A stretch of 64,000 bases of DNA from a bacterium (GTDB lineage: Bacteria > UBA8248). Below the pieces are notes generated by a model. That model saw only the letters and a list, made by a program, of their open reading frames with translations. It had not been told where the DNA came from and ran no database searches. The stretch is from assembly GCA_965213625.1 (NCBI GenBank), contig CBDBZU010000004.1:1760001-1824000 (forward strand). Reading direction: 5' to 3'. Position 1 is the first letter of the stretch. Each line of letters starts with the position of its first letter. Made by a program: the position numbers and the translations under genes. Positions 1-9,107 of the stretch are shown here, piece by piece.

Positions 1-1
1 T

Positions 2-643
2 GAGCAATACCAAAAGGGCGCAGAGATGCTCGGCAGCGAGGTTCTCTCGGTTCGCCTCGGCGGAATTTACGCCCTAGCGCGTCTGGCCCGTGAGCATCCT
101 GAGGAATATCATGTTCAAATCATGCGTTTGCTCTGTGCTTTTGTCCGCCGCCCGTCGCCAGAAAATAGCGAAGTAACCGATGAGGATGAGGTTTGGCTAC
201 CCTCCAAATTACGCCTTGATGTCCAGGAAATCATGAAAGAAATTGGCCAGCGAACCAATAAGCAAATCGAGGTGGAAGTAAAACAAGACGATTATAACAG
301 GCTGGATTTGCATGGCGCAGAATTGATTCATTCGTATTTATCTGATGCGAACTTTTCCTATGCGAACCTTATGGGTGCAGTTTTGAAAGAAGCGTTACTG
401 AAGGACGCAAATCTAACAAGAGCGGTTCTGGTTGGTGCGGATTTGACGGGTGCTATTTTGAGTGGTTCGAATCTCACAGGCGCTGAATTTTCAGTGAACG
501 GCAAATTGCCAGCAATCGGACTGACACAAAATCAAATAGATATAGCTATTGCTGATCCGAATAACCCACCCAAGTTAGATGGTGCCCTTGACGCCAAAAC
601 GGGTGAGCAACTGATTTGGCGCGGAAAACCCCTCAACGAATGA
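2..643 (+). CDS. Pentapeptide-repeat protein (5'-partial; frame is open at the window edge)
   Basis: VRLGGIYAL motif followed by A(N/D)LxxA pentapeptide repeats; no stop upstream of ATG 26 back to position 2. Confidence 0.8.
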   Translation, partial: EQYQKGAEMLGSEVLSVRLGGIYALARLAREHPEEYHVQIMRLLCAFVRRPSPENSEVTDEDEVWLPSKLRLDVQEIMKEIGQRTNKQIEVEVKQDDYNRLDLHGAELIHSYLSDANFSYANLMGAVLKEALLKDANLTRAVLVGADLTGAILSGSNLTGAEFSVNGKLPAIGLTQNQIDIAIADPNNPPKLDGALDAKTGEQLIWRGKPLNE

Positions 644-700
644 CATTCCACACTAACTAAACCACATCACTTTCGACAATAGAGATGATCTGCTGATAAA

Positions 701-728
701 GAAGGGCGGCTCGCGAGCCTCCCCCTAC
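701..728 (-). repeat. GTAG-type REP-like palindrome
   Basis: Reverse complement reads GTAGGGGGAGGCTCGCGAGCCGCCC (GTAG + palindrome). Confidence 0.55.
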
Positions 729-972
729 GGAACCGTTTCTTCATAAGAAGGGAAACCTACAAACGCTCGTTCTTCGGGGTTGTTGAAAAAGCCCAGCGGA
801 GCGATTTTGGTTGCGCGCATGCTTGTGAAGTTCACTCCCCCTTGAGGGGGAGTCGAAGAGGCCGAGCGGTTTATGCGAAGGCCGATTCGGTGGGGGGACA
901 TGCCACAGTAAAAATCTCCCCACACCAGTTCGCTTTCGGGCTAACGCCCTCAGCTCACTGACTCCCCCTCAA

Positions 973-2492
973 GGGGCTGTTGAAAAACCCCCGGCATTGT
1001 GATTGGGTGTAATGACACTATCTCGCCCGAGATGGGAGTTCCCTCGATGATAGGCAGCAAGAGGCGCGAGCAGATGGATTTGTTCGTGGCCGGTTCGCTG
1101 GATCGGCTGATCCCCGAGGATCACGTCCTGATGCGCGTGGACCGCGTACTGGATTTGAGTTGGCTTCGTGAGGAGGTGGCGGATTGCTATTGCGCGGACA
1201 ATGGTCGACCGGGGATCGACCCGGAGGTGGCGCTCCGCTTGATGCTTGCGGGTATGTTGCTGGGCTACGTACACGACCGGCGTCTGCTTCGCGAGGCGCG
1301 TGCGCACCTGGCGATCCGGTGGTTCATCGGATACGGGTTGCACGAGGAGTTGCCGCATCATTCGAGCCTGACGCGGATTCGTCAGCGGTGGGGGGAGGCT
1401 CGGTTCAAGGAGATATTCCGCCGGACGGTGCAGGCTTGTCTGGAGGCGAATGTGGCGAAGGGGGAAGTGGTGCACGTGGACGCCTCGTTGATACGCGCGG
1501 ACGTGAGCTGGGAGAGCCTGGCGGCGCACCACGCGGAGAAGGTGATTCAGGAGAATCCCGTCGATGATGAGGTCGGGAAGAAGGGAGGAGGCCGCGGTGG
1601 CGGGGGTCCGGTGAGCCGGACGGACCCGGACGCGCGGCTTGCGCGCAAGAGCGCGCGGGCGGGGTTCGAGCCGAGCTACAAGCAGCACGCGGCGGTGGAC
1701 GATGAGCGGGGTGTTGTTCTCGACGTGTCGGTGACGGAGGGGACGCGGAACGAGCGTGAGATGATGGCGTCCCATATAGAGGCGGTAAGCGAGTTGTCGG
1801 GCCGCGCGCCGGAGATGGTGACGGCGGATTCGGGGTACGCGTACTCGAAGGTTTATGGCGAATTGGAGCGGCGGGGCGTGGAAGCGCTGATACCAGCGAA
1901 GAAGGAACCCAGCCAGAGCCGTGTTCCGCTGCAGTTGTTCCACTACGACGCGCGCAACGAGGTGGTGAAGTGTCCGGGAGGCAAGACGCTGCGCCCCCGG
2001 CAGGCGACGGAGCGGGGGCGCTCCTATGTATCGAAGACGCGGGATTGCGCGGGCTGCGCGCTCCGTGCGGATTGTCTGTCGAAGTCGCGCACGAGCAGGA
2101 CGGTGTTGATTCCGCACGCGTATCCGGCGCTGTTGCGCGCGCGTCGGCGGCATGCGCGCTGGGGGGAGGAGGAGAAGCGTCTCTATGGCCGCCACCGTTG
2201 GCGCTCGGAGGGCTACCACGGCGAGGCGAAGAGCCGGCACGGACTGGGGCGGGCGGTGCGCCGGGGCCTTGCGAACATGCGGATCCAGTCCTACCTGACG
2301 GCGATAGCGGTGAACCTCAAGCGGCTGGCCGCCGCTTTTGCGGCGCGTATATTCGCCCTCTGGACGGCCTGTGCCGCCCGGAGACGCCGGCTGCGCGCAC
2401 ATGGCGCCCTCACGCGCCAATTGGGCTGCCTCCCCGCCGCCGCGTGAGCCGCCAAAACGCCCGCTTCCAACACCGGGTTTTTCAACAGACCC
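973..2492 (+). mobile_element. IS1182-family insertion sequence
   Basis: 18-bp TIRs GGGGCTGTTGAAAAACCC / GGGTTTTTCAACAGACCC (1 mismatch); 5-bp direct repeat CTCAA at 968-972 and 2493-2497. Confidence 0.9.
1047..2447 (+). CDS. IS1182-family DDE transposase
   Basis: GRPGIDP (DUF772-like), VDAS, TDPDA, ADSGY, CxxCxLRxxC, RWRSEGYHGEAK motifs; start could be 999 or 1047. Confidence 0.92.
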   Translation: MIGSKRREQMDLFVAGSLDRLIPEDHVLMRVDRVLDLSWLREEVADCYCADNGRPGIDPEVALRLMLAGMLLGYVHDRRLLREARAHLAIRWFIGYGLHEELPHHSSLTRIRQRWGEARFKEIFRRTVQACLEANVAKGEVVHVDASLIRADVSWESLAAHHAEKVIQENPVDDEVGKKGGGRGGGGPVSRTDPDARLARKSARAGFEPSYKQHAAVDDERGVVLDVSVTEGTRNEREMMASHIEAVSELSGRAPEMVTADSGYAYSKVYGELERRGVEALIPAKKEPSQSRVPLQLFHYDARNEVVKCPGGKTLRPRQATERGRSYVSKTRDCAGCALRADCLSKSRTSRTVLIPHAYPALLRARRRHARWGEEEKRLYGRHRWRSEGYHGEAKSRHGLGRAVRRGLANMRIQSYLTAIAVNLKRLAAAFAARIFALWTACAARRRRLRAHGALTRQLGCLPAAA

Positions 2493-2581
2493 CTCAAGGG
2501 GGGAGTGATTGTTGGACGCTCTGCAAAGGGGGGCGACCCGCAAGGATTTTTTCAACAACCCCTCATCACTCGCGTTTGACC

Positions 2582-3019
2582 TCAACACCATTTCGGGCGG
2601 CGTCCGCCGCGGTAGGGCAGGGCGTGGCCAGTGGCGAGGAGCAGCGTGGCGAGGTCGCGCCCGTCCGCAAGCAGGACGCTCGCCACGACGCGGCGGCCGA
2701 ACTTGCCGTGCGACACGTTGACGAGCCAGACCTGCTCGCCGATGACCCTGCGGACGAATTCGCGCGCCGCCTTGCCCCTCCGGCGTTCATACTCGCCGCA
2801 CTTCGCGCGCCTGATCTCGGGCGTGTCGATTCCCCGCACCCGCACATTGGCTTGCGCGATGATGCCCGGCCACACCCCGGCTTCGACCTTGAAGGTGTCG
2901 CCGTCGATCACTCTTTTCACACGCGCGGGCACGCGCTGCTCGAACGCCGCCGCGTTGGCCGCGAGGGCGAGGGCTATGGTGATGATGCCGCATACGATGA
3001 GTCGGGTCCTGTAGCGCAT
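2582..3019 (-). CDS. Thermonuclease (SNase) family secreted nuclease
   Basis: Signal peptide; RVIDGDTF, VRVRGIDTPE and GKFGRRVVA motifs. Confidence 0.85.
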   Translation of the reverse strand: MRYRTRLIVCGIITIALALAANAAAFEQRVPARVKRVIDGDTFKVEAGVWPGIIAQANVRVRGIDTPEIRRAKCGEYERRRGKAAREFVRRVIGEQVWLVNVSHGKFGRRVVASVLLADGRDLATLLLATGHALPYRGGRRPKWC

Positions 3020-3230
3020 TTCGGGTCTCCTCGTGTTCCTCGTGTGGTGGTTCAGGGTCTCCTCGCGTGGTGGATGGGACTCCACATGTAAGAAGAGAGT
3101 ATAGAGCAAGTGGAGGGTTGGTGAACGGGGAGTGAGATGGGGGCGAGCCGTGCGATTCGAACCCTCGATGTGGTAGCGTAGCGAAATATAATCAATACGT
3201 TCTTGACGGCCGAGAAAGGGGACATCAGGC

Positions 3231-4073
3231 ATGCCGACGATTGACGCCCAGGTGCACGCCTATGAAAGAAACCACCCGGGGCGGCCTTGGGCCGGGGATC
3301 TGCCGGGACCGCCCGAGGTCACCGGCGACGACATGGTCGCGGCCATGGATGCGGTGGGGGTAGACGCCGCCGTGCTTATCTCGCCGTTCGCCCTGTACCG
3401 CTACGACGCCGGTTATGCGCTCGAGGTTCGCGCCGTGCATCCGGGCCGGTTCGCCCTGATCAAGCCTGTCGACCCGACCGACCCGGCCGTGGCGGAGACG
3501 ATTGCCGAGTGGGCTGCGCAGGAGGGGACGGTGGGGGTCCGTATCATGTTGAACCCAGGCCCCGGCCTCGACCCGGCCCATCCGGGGGTCGACCGGGTTC
3601 TCGCCGCCGCCGCGCGCGCCTCACTGCCGGTCAACCTCATGTGCTGGGGCTTGCTGGAGCACGTCGCGCGGTATGCGCGCGCGCACGCGAACACGATGCT
3701 GGTGGTCGACCATCTGGGACTCGAGCAGCCTTTCCACCCGCCTGCGCCGCCTGATCCCTTCGCCGACCTCCCCGAGCTCCTGGCCCTGGCGGAACACGAC
3801 AACGTCGTCGTGAAGATAACCGGCGCTTGCACGCTCTCACACGCACCCCACCCATACGACGACATCTGGGACCCGCTCCGCCGGGTCTTCGACGCATTCG
3901 GCTTCGACCGGTGCTTGTGGGGCACCGACTGGACCCGCGCGGTCAATCTGCTGACCTACGAGCAGGGCGTTACGCCGTTCCGCCTCACGGACCGCCTGAG
4001 CGATGAGGAGCGCGCGACTCTCATGGGAGGCGCCTTGCAGCGGATATACAACTGGTCGCCGCAGATCACCTGA
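3231..4073 (+). CDS. Amidohydrolase_2 family protein
   Basis: IDAQVH, VVDHLG and WGTDW motifs. Confidence 0.85.
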   Translation: MPTIDAQVHAYERNHPGRPWAGDLPGPPEVTGDDMVAAMDAVGVDAAVLISPFALYRYDAGYALEVRAVHPGRFALIKPVDPTDPAVAETIAEWAAQEGTVGVRIMLNPGPGLDPAHPGVDRVLAAAARASLPVNLMCWGLLEHVARYARAHANTMLVVDHLGLEQPFHPPAPPDPFADLPELLALAEHDNVVVKITGACTLSHAPHPYDDIWDPLRRVFDAFGFDRCLWGTDWTRAVNLLTYEQGVTPFRLTDRLSDEERATLMGGALQRIYNWSPQIT

Positions 4074-4631
4074 CCGGTGGGGAGGGGTAGAACACCGACT
4101 CCAGGCGATGCGTCCTGGATGGTGCTGATGGTGCAAGCGTCCCGCATGCCGCGCGCCTGGTTTCTCTCACAAGCCCCGGACTCCCCCGAATCTTCTCCCT
4201 AGTCATTCGACTCGACCATCGGCCTGAGGCGAATTTCGGGATCGTCCACAGTAGAACGAATGCGTATTTGCCCGCATTTGCCGTGGCCGTGTTCTCGGGC
4301 GCGGCGGGGTATGATGGGAAGGCCCTCCGTCGGCTTTTTGGTTTTTCGGGTGTCGAATCAGGCGCCGATCGCTGGAGCCGGGTGTCCGCTCCGTCGAGGC
4401 GTAGATCATGAATAATGCAAATAATAATTCCTGAAAATTTCGATAAAATTAGATAAATTCACGGGGTAATTCCCTAAATTATTGACAATTTATTTGCTTG
4501 GGAAATGACGCCGCGGAATCCGGACGCAGGGGAATTCTGCCATAATCCGCGCATCTCAAGATGACGGTAAATGCGGGGAGTTGCAGGGGTGAAAATCCCC
4601 CGGACGGGCGCCCGGGGGAGTCATCACTTGG

Positions 4632-5828
4632 CTAGTTCTTGCTCAAGACGAACACGCTGGAGACCGCGCCGGGGCCGCCCAGGGTGTGGCCGAGCGCGCG
4701 TTTCGCGCCCTTGACCTGGCGGTCGCCGCAGCGCCCGAGGAGCTGGTGCGTCAGGTCGGCCACCACGCGAGCGCCCGTGGCGCCGATGGGATGGCCGCAG
4801 CTTTTGAGGCCGCCCGAGGTGTTCACGGGCAGTTCGCCGCCGAGTCTGCTCGCGCCGCTTTTTACGAAATCGGGACCCTCACCCTTCTTGACGAAGCCCA
4901 AATCCTCATAGTTCAGAATCTCCGTAATCGTAAAACAATCATGCACTTCCGCTAAGTCTATCTCCTCGAGAGGGTTCGTTACGCCGGCCTGCTCATAGGC
5001 CTGGCGCGCGGCCTCCTGCGTGGCCTCGAAGCCGATGAAGCTGAACCTGGGGTTGAACGCCGTGGTGATGTAGCCCGTGGCGCACGAGAGACCCATGCCG
5101 TCGATGAGCACGTAGTCTTTCTTGTCGAAGCGCTTCTCGGCCAGCTCCGCCCGGCAGAGCACGACCGCGGCCGCGCCGTCCGTCGTGGGGCAGCAATCGT
5201 ACAGCCCCAGAGGTTCGGTGACCGGCGGGGCCTTCAGGACCTGCTCCTTGGTGATCTCCTTCCTGAAGTGCGCGCGCGAGTTCAGGCTCCCGTGGTAGTG
5301 GTTCTTCACCGCCACCTCGGCGAGGTCTTCCTTATCCGCGCCGAATTCCTCGAAATACCGCCTCGCCAGAACGGCGAAACTGCCCGGCGCCGTGCGGCCC
5401 TTCGAGTACATAGGATGAAGTTTTTCAACGTGTTGCGCGACAAGGCTGCCCCGCGGCGGGACCTCGCGCATCTTCTCGGCGCCGACGGCGAGGACGACGT
5501 CGTGCATGCCTGAGGCCACGGCCATCGCCGCCATGCGGACGGCCTCCATGCCCGTGGTGCAGTAGTTCGAGACCCGCGAGACGGGCTTCGGGTAGAGGTT
5601 GAGCGCCTCTGCGAGCGAGGGTCCGCCCGTGCCGTCGAAGCCCCAGCCGAGCGGCAGATACGTGCCCAGCCACGCGGCTTCGATGTCCTCGCCGCTCACG
5701 CCCGCATCCTCATAGGCCTCGAAGGCGGCTTCCACCACGAGGTCGTTATAGCTCTGCTCGAAGAGTTCCCCGAATTTCGTGATGCCCGCGCCGATGATGG
5801 CGACTTTTCCGGCGATGGTTCCGCTCAT
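4632..5828 (-). CDS. Thiolase family protein (SCP2/PhlC-like acetyl-CoA acetyltransferase)
   Basis: SNYCTT catalytic Cys, EVHDCFT, GHPIGATG. Confidence 0.9.
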   Translation of the reverse strand: MSGTIAGKVAIIGAGITKFGELFEQSYNDLVVEAAFEAYEDAGVSGEDIEAAWLGTYLPLGWGFDGTGGPSLAEALNLYPKPVSRVSNYCTTGMEAVRMAAMAVASGMHDVVLAVGAEKMREVPPRGSLVAQHVEKLHPMYSKGRTAPGSFAVLARRYFEEFGADKEDLAEVAVKNHYHGSLNSRAHFRKEITKEQVLKAPPVTEPLGLYDCCPTTDGAAAVVLCRAELAEKRFDKKDYVLIDGMGLSCATGYITTAFNPRFSFIGFEATQEAARQAYEQAGVTNPLEEIDLAEVHDCFTITEILNYEDLGFVKKGEGPDFVKSGASRLGGELPVNTSGGLKSCGHPIGATGARVVADLTHQLLGRCGDRQVKGAKRALGHTLGGPGAVSSVFVLSKN

Positions 5829-5875
5829 GGCCAACTCCTTGAAAATAGAGGTTTTTCTTCGGAAAATATAAAGCC

Positions 5876-7279
5876 CTATTCGGCGGGGCGCAGTTTCCAG
5901 AAGTAATTATAATACCCATCGCCCTGATGGAGAAGCCTGAAAGTGAGTTCGCACTCCATACCGATGTGGACCTCGTCTTTCACCTGGCTCGTCATCTGGC
6001 CGTAAAAGCGCCCGCCGCCCTCTAGCTCCACCGTGGCCATCGTGATGAAGCCCTCCGGCGATGGGGGCAGGTAGTCATGGATGAAGGTGAAGATTTTGCC
6101 CCGGCGGCTCAGTTTCCGCTCATCCCACTCATCCCGCGCGCCGCATGCGTTGCAGACCTGCTGGCGGGGATACTGAAGCTCCCCGCACGAGCGGCAAACC
6201 CCGGCCATGAGGCGCATGGTCGCCCTGTTTTCCTTCCACAGGATGCTGGGCGAGGTGAAGGGCTTGATTTCCTCCTCGGGTGATAACCCATTGAATTTCA
6301 ACCATTGTCCATAGTTCGGGATGGCCCGCGCGCGCTCCACGGACCAGCCGACTCCCCGCTGCGTCCTCAGGGAATGGACCTTGTCCGTCGCCCGCAGCAG
6401 GATGGCTTCCCCCCCGCTCCCGTGACCGGCGACGATGATGTGCTCGCCCGGTTCCGCGCTCTGGAGCGCATCGACGAGGGAGAGCAGGGGAGCAGCGGCT
6501 CCTGAGTCCCCGAGGCGCGCGATGAGGGGGCTTTCGGGATAGGCCGAGTCGGGAAAGCCCAGTTTCCGGGCGATTGCGGCGTGGGTGCGGGCGTCGGGGG
6601 CGTAGACGAGTACGCGCGCGATGTCCTCTCTCGTGGCGCCTGTCTGGTTGAGCAATCCCTCGACGGTGGCGACGCTCTGGCGCACATAGCCGTAATCCTG
6701 GATGAATTTGGCGTCACCGGCGGAGACGGCTCCCTCGCCGGGCAGACGCCACCTGTCGATGAAATCCTCGGACCATGAGTAAACCGCCTCGATCTCGGCG
6801 GCGACGTCCTCTCCCTTGCCGAGCAATACCGCCGCAGCGCCGTCGCAAAGACTTAATTCATCGGGACTTCCCGGCAGCGCGGGCCTTTTCTCCGCCGCCA
6901 CCACGGCCGCCGATTTGGAGGAGCCGGCTTCAATGGCGTCACACGCCGCTTTGAGCGCGGACGTGCCTGCGCGCACAGAGCCGCCTGCATCCAGGGTAAA
7001 GAGTGTTTCTGGCAGATCGGCCGCCGCGGCGAGGACGGAAGCGTTTGATTTTTCGGCATATGGGTGGGTCGTTGAGGCGAAATAGAGTGAATCGACCTCG
7101 GAATCGCCCCAGCCCGCCGCGTTGATCAGCGCTTCCACCCCCATGGTGATGGGGTCTTCGTCAAAACCGGCCAGCGGGCGTGAAGCCCTCCGGTTGCCGG
7201 CCCCCCAAACGGATCGCACGGTCTCTCCGGCCAGGCGATGAAAGGGAATATATGCTCCCACACGTGTGATACCAGCCAT
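5876..7279 (-). CDS. HMG-CoA-synthase/FabH-like domain fused to C-terminal DUF35 Zn-ribbon/OB-fold
   Basis: DEDPITMG and DGAAAV motifs; CRSCG...CNACG Zn ribbon; YFWK C-terminus. Confidence 0.85.
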   Translation of the reverse strand: MAGITRVGAYIPFHRLAGETVRSVWGAGNRRASRPLAGFDEDPITMGVEALINAAGWGDSEVDSLYFASTTHPYAEKSNASVLAAAADLPETLFTLDAGGSVRAGTSALKAACDAIEAGSSKSAAVVAAEKRPALPGSPDELSLCDGAAAVLLGKGEDVAAEIEAVYSWSEDFIDRWRLPGEGAVSAGDAKFIQDYGYVRQSVATVEGLLNQTGATREDIARVLVYAPDARTHAAIARKLGFPDSAYPESPLIARLGDSGAAAPLLSLVDALQSAEPGEHIIVAGHGSGGEAILLRATDKVHSLRTQRGVGWSVERARAIPNYGQWLKFNGLSPEEEIKPFTSPSILWKENRATMRLMAGVCRSCGELQYPRQQVCNACGARDEWDERKLSRRGKIFTFIHDYLPPSPEGFITMATVELEGGGRFYGQMTSQVKDEVHIGMECELTFRLLHQGDGYYNYFWKLRPAE

Positions 7280-7489
7280 TTCTCCTCCTTGAAGTTTTTC
7301 TACGGAAATCGGGGTGATTTTTCTCTTGTGTGGGCCAAATAGTCAAGCCGCGTGAGGGTTTTATGGTTGTATGAGTGCGCAGCAAATCAGATTTCAGGGT
7401 TTTGCATCTCGCACGCCTTCTCTAAATGCCCCGATTCTTCTATGATGCGGGTGTTCGAAGACTGGTATCTTCCTATGGAGAGGGGATGA

Positions 7490-7732
7490 ATGAAACTTCA
7501 CGTTGAATACTGCGAGAAATGAAACTACGGGCCACGCTATGAGCAGTTGGCTCAGGATTTGAAAAAACATTTCCCGGACCTGGAAATCGCCGGAAACGAG
7601 GACGGAAATTTTCGCGTCGGCTCCTTCGAGCTGGTGCTCGACGGTGATCTCTTGTGGTCGAAACTGGACTCGGGCAATTTCCCCACGGAAGAAGAAGCGG
7701 TCAATCTACTCCAAGAGCATGTAAAAGCATGA
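7490..7732 (+). CDS. SelW/SelT/Rdx-family selenoprotein (UGA=Sec at 7520-7522)
   Basis: MKLHVEYCEK-U-NYGPRY...RVGSFEL...LLWSKLDSGNFP; CxxU motif; purine-rich RBS; in frame with ORF 7547..7732. Confidence 0.9.
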
Positions 7733-8199
7733 CTTTCGAGGGCGAGGTAGTCTCGGTCCACATCGCATCGGTGGGCGGCGAACCCATGATGGAGATTACC
7801 CAGGCGCAGGCGGTCATAGGGTCCGGCCTGGCCGGAGACCGCTATGCCGAGGGCGTAGGCACGTATTCCAAGAAGCAGGGGCCTGATCGTCAAGTGACGC
7901 TCATCGAAATCGAAGCCATCGAGGCGCTTGTGCGCGATCACGATATCAAACTCGACGTGGGCCAAAGCAGGCGAAACATCGTGACGCGAGGCGTTCCGCT
8001 CAATCACCTGGTGGGGGCGGAGTTTCAGGTGGGTGGTGTGAAGATGCGCGGCGTTCGCCTGAACGAACCATGCAAGTATTTTGAGAATTTGCTGGGGATC
8101 GATGGTTTACACGACGCCCTCATCAACCGCTCGGGACTGAATGCTCAAGTTATAAGCGAGGGCTCCATTCGCGCGGGCGACGTCGTCAAACGCATCTAA
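7729..8199 (+). CDS. MOSC domain protein
   Basis: GLAGDRY, RQVTLIE, RRNIVTRG and EPC motifs; ATGA overlap with the upstream gene. Confidence 0.88.
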   Translation: MTFEGEVVSVHIASVGGEPMMEITQAQAVIGSGLAGDRYAEGVGTYSKKQGPDRQVTLIEIEAIEALVRDHDIKLDVGQSRRNIVTRGVPLNHLVGAEFQVGGVKMRGVRLNEPCKYFENLLGIDGLHDALINRSGLNAQVISEGSIRAGDVVKRI

Positions 8200-8224
8200 C
8201 CCGTTATTTTCCAAGAGAATACAC

Positions 8225-9013
8225 ATGTCATTTCCCATCGTTCAGGTGGATGCTTTTACCGATACGCCCTTTTCGGGCAATCCGGCCGCTGTCTGCATTC
8301 TGCCGGCGCAAGTGGATGCGCAGTGGATGCAGCGTGTGGCGGCGGAGATGAATCTCTCTGAAACCGCATTCCTGGTGAGACAAGAGGACGGCTACGGCCT
8401 GCGCTGGTTCACACCCGTGTGCGAGGTGGACCTTTGCGGGCACGCCACGCTCGCGAGCGCCCACGTGCTCTGGGAAGGGGGTCATCTCGGTTCTGAGGAG
8501 ACGGTCATCTTCCACACGAAAAGCGGGGTTTTGACCTGTGAGCAGAAAGACGAATGGATAGAGATGAATTTTCCCATCAGCAGGGAATCACCCGCAGCAC
8601 CACCTGACGCCTTGGTGGAGGGTCTTGGCTTCACACCTCGATATGTGGGGAAAAGCGAGTTCGATTATCTGGTGGAAGCCGAATCCGAGGCGGCGATCAG
8701 GGATATGGCTCCTGATTTTCAAGTTCTCGAGAACGTTACCATGCGCGGCTGCATCGTTACGGCTCGATCCGATGACTCCCGGTATGATTTCGTATCTCGT
8801 TTCTTCTCCCCGGGGGTTGGCGTGAAAGAAGACCCGGTGACGGGTTCCGCCCATTGCTGCCTGGGGCCATTCTGGGCGGAGCGCTTTAAAAAAGAAGAAC
8901 TTAACGCTTATCAGGCATCTGCGAGAGGCGGGGTGGTGCGAATGAAAATTCTTGGAGACCGCATTATTCTGGGCGGTAAGGCCGTAACCGTCCTGCAAGG
9001 GGATTTGTTGTAG
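8225..9013 (+). CDS. PhzF-family isomerase/epimerase
   Basis: QVDAF, GNPAAV, NLSETAF, LCGHATLA and EDPVTGSAH motifs. Confidence 0.92.
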   Translation: MSFPIVQVDAFTDTPFSGNPAAVCILPAQVDAQWMQRVAAEMNLSETAFLVRQEDGYGLRWFTPVCEVDLCGHATLASAHVLWEGGHLGSEETVIFHTKSGVLTCEQKDEWIEMNFPISRESPAAPPDALVEGLGFTPRYVGKSEFDYLVEAESEAAIRDMAPDFQVLENVTMRGCIVTARSDDSRYDFVSRFFSPGVGVKEDPVTGSAHCCLGPFWAERFKKEELNAYQASARGGVVRMKILGDRIILGGKAVTVLQGDLL

Positions 9014-9107
9014 GATTGGGGGTTTTCCGCTCCGACGAGTTCGTTGAAATGACGGGGTATCCCCACGAGCGACAAGAGCCAAGACAGGTGAAAGGAACTA
9101 ACAAAAA

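Larger units (their letters stand above)
832..2508. repeat. Palindromic repeat element (TCACTCCCCCTTGAGGGGGAGTC ... GACTCCCCCTCAAGGGGGGAGTGA); right arm split by IS1182
   Basis: Left arm at 832-854; right arm reconstructed from 960-972 + 2498-2508. Confidence 0.65.
776..2562. mobile_element. Non-autonomous MITE with IS1182-like ends, interrupted by an IS1182
   Basis: GGGGTTGTTGAAAAA at 776-790 and TTTTTCAACAACCCC ending at 2562; flanks TCTTC/TCATC (4/5 match). Confidence 0.65.

Noticed and set aside
969-2591. 540-aa minus-strand ORF and 373-aa ORF at 1970..3091
   Set aside because: Antisense or off-frame shadows of the GC-rich IS1182 transposase and nuclease; no recognisable motifs
3130-3172. 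GGTTCGAATC motif on the minus strand resembling a tRNA T-loop or att remnant
   Set aside because: The T-stem does not pair and no cloverleaf forms
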